Shown here: positions 56,210 through 57,209 of the stretch, piece after piece
Numbering within the stretch: the first letter of the stretch is position 1
Layout of the letters: every line of letters starts with the position of its first letter
From: a virus
Lineage: Duplodnaviria > Caudoviricetes
Direction: 5' to 3' (one strand)
Virus record (IMG/VR): IMGVR_UViG_3300020159_000496
Location: 1 to 57,209 of that record
Length of the DNA stretch: 57,209 nucleotides
The notes under the pieces: model-generated
Database searches by the model: none
Told to the model about the DNA's origin: nothing
What the model saw: only the letters and a program-made list of their open reading frames with translations
Program-made: the position numbers and the translations under genes

Positions 56210-57209
56210 TTAGCTAAATCTAACGTTTCCGTTAGTAATATCAACTTTACCTAGGTAGTCAGCTGCGTTACCTAGAGAAGAAGCTGTGTTTGTTAACTCA
56301 ACATAACCATAACGTGTCATGAATGATACGACTGGTTCGAATGTTGCTGGATCTAACACAACACCACTGCTCATCAATGGAATGTATGGGCAATAGAATG
56401 CTGCTGCGTCAGACTCAGAAGAGCCTTTGTAACCGATCAATACTGCTGTGCTGTCTGTTGCGTATGAGTCAACATACACTTTCATAGCACTGTTCAATGT
56501 ACCAACAAACTTGGTGTTTGTAGGTGCTTCGAATGTGCCTTCTGTTGTTCTTGCGAACGCAGAAGTTGTAGCACTTTGAAGAATTGTTAGCGCAAATGGG
56601 CTAACAACAGCAAAGTTACCAGCACCACGACGTGTACGCTGAGCGATCAAGTTAGCAACACGGTTGATTTGAACAGCTAAAGCAGCATGTTCGTCACCAA
56701 CGAATGTAGCAGTACCAGATACGGCAGCTTGGTCGTATGTCTGAGTAGCAGTACCAGCTAGAGTACGTAAAGAAGCTAGAACTTCTTGGTCGATTTCAGC
56801 TGTAATTTCTTGTGCTAGAGCAGCCATGATTTCTGCTTCGATGTCAATACCCTGTTGGGCTTGTGCATCTTGAGCAGCTTCAAATGTCCAGCGAGCAGAC
56901 AATTTACGTGTCTTAGCTTCAACTGTTTGTTTCAAAATTTGGATGCTCATCTTACGACCAGCAACGCCTTCTAAAGCAGCAGTAGAAACAGGTTTACCAG
57001 CAGGATCAGTACCGCCACCTGAGTAGCTAGTAGCGATTTTGAATGGGCTTAGAGCCTCTTCACCAGCAGTAACGTTGTCGTTAGTTTCTGAATAACGAAC
57101 ACGTAGTGTGTGGATTTGACCAACTGGGCCAGTCATTGGTTGTACACCAACTAATTCGTTAGCAATAACGGTTGGCATTACACGTCTGATCACTGGAAGG
57201 ATCACACGA
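56210..57209 (-). CDS. Major capsid protein (T4 gp23-like), 3' part; start lies outside the window
   Basis: ELVGVQPMTGPVGQI, VEAKTRKLSARWTFEAAQD, EITAEIDQE, IAQRTRRGAGN, GYKG, FYCPYIPL and MTRYG are gp23 signature motifs. Confidence 0.96.
   Translation of the reverse strand, partial: RVILPVIRRVMPTVIANELVGVQPMTGPVGQIHTLRVRYSETNDNVTAGEEALSPFKIATSYSGGGTDPAGKPVSTAALEGVAGRKMSIQILKQTVEAKTRKLSARWTFEAAQDAQAQQGIDIEAEIMAALAQEITAEIDQEVLASLRTLAGTATQTYDQAAVSGTATFVGDEHAALAVQINRVANLIAQRTRRGAGNFAVVSPFALTILQSATTSAFARTTEGTFEAPTNTKFVGTLNSAMKVYVDSYATDSTAVLIGYKGSSESDAAAFYCPYIPLMSSGVVLDPATFEPVVSFMTRYGYVELTNTASSLGNAADYLGKVDITNGNVRFS

Noticed and set aside
1-57209. Alternative genetic code (stop-codon reassignment)
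   Set aside because: Genes up to 8 kb are open under the standard code, and TGA (e.g. 6343-6345) and TAG (2241-2243) appear as stops at sensible gene ends.

Overview
This window is the virion-morphogenesis region of a large T4-like (myovirus) phage and is cut at both ends. A partial gp18-like tail sheath gene runs off the left edge and a partial gp23-like major capsid gene runs off the right edge. Between them lie an HNH-like Zn-finger gene, a dNMP kinase, gp13/gp14/gp15-like neck and tail-completion genes, and about 45 kb of minus-strand genes for giant fibre/baseplate-type proteins (1900-2700 aa, including two paralogous pairs) with small adaptor-like proteins. Three things stand out. (1) Two giant virion proteins carry seven helical domains that align by eye with the phycobiliprotein (globin-fold) core and keep the chromophore-binding [K/A]-C-x-R-D cysteine. 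(2) A sigma70-driven nucleotide-heptose operon (HldC-like, HldA-like, cupin, HAD phosphatase, HldD) and a separate GT9-like glycosyltransferase plus O-carbamoyltransferase, sitting behind three ~10% Cys paralogues, suggest a phage-encoded virion glycosylation/modification system. (3) Regulatory signals include TAAATA-N5-ATG leaderless late promoters, an RBS-occluding hairpin with an internal promoter, and two structured leaders sharing an 11-mer. All family calls come from motif recognition by eye; no database searches were run. I saw no tRNA, rRNA, CRISPR array, integrase or reverse transcriptase.
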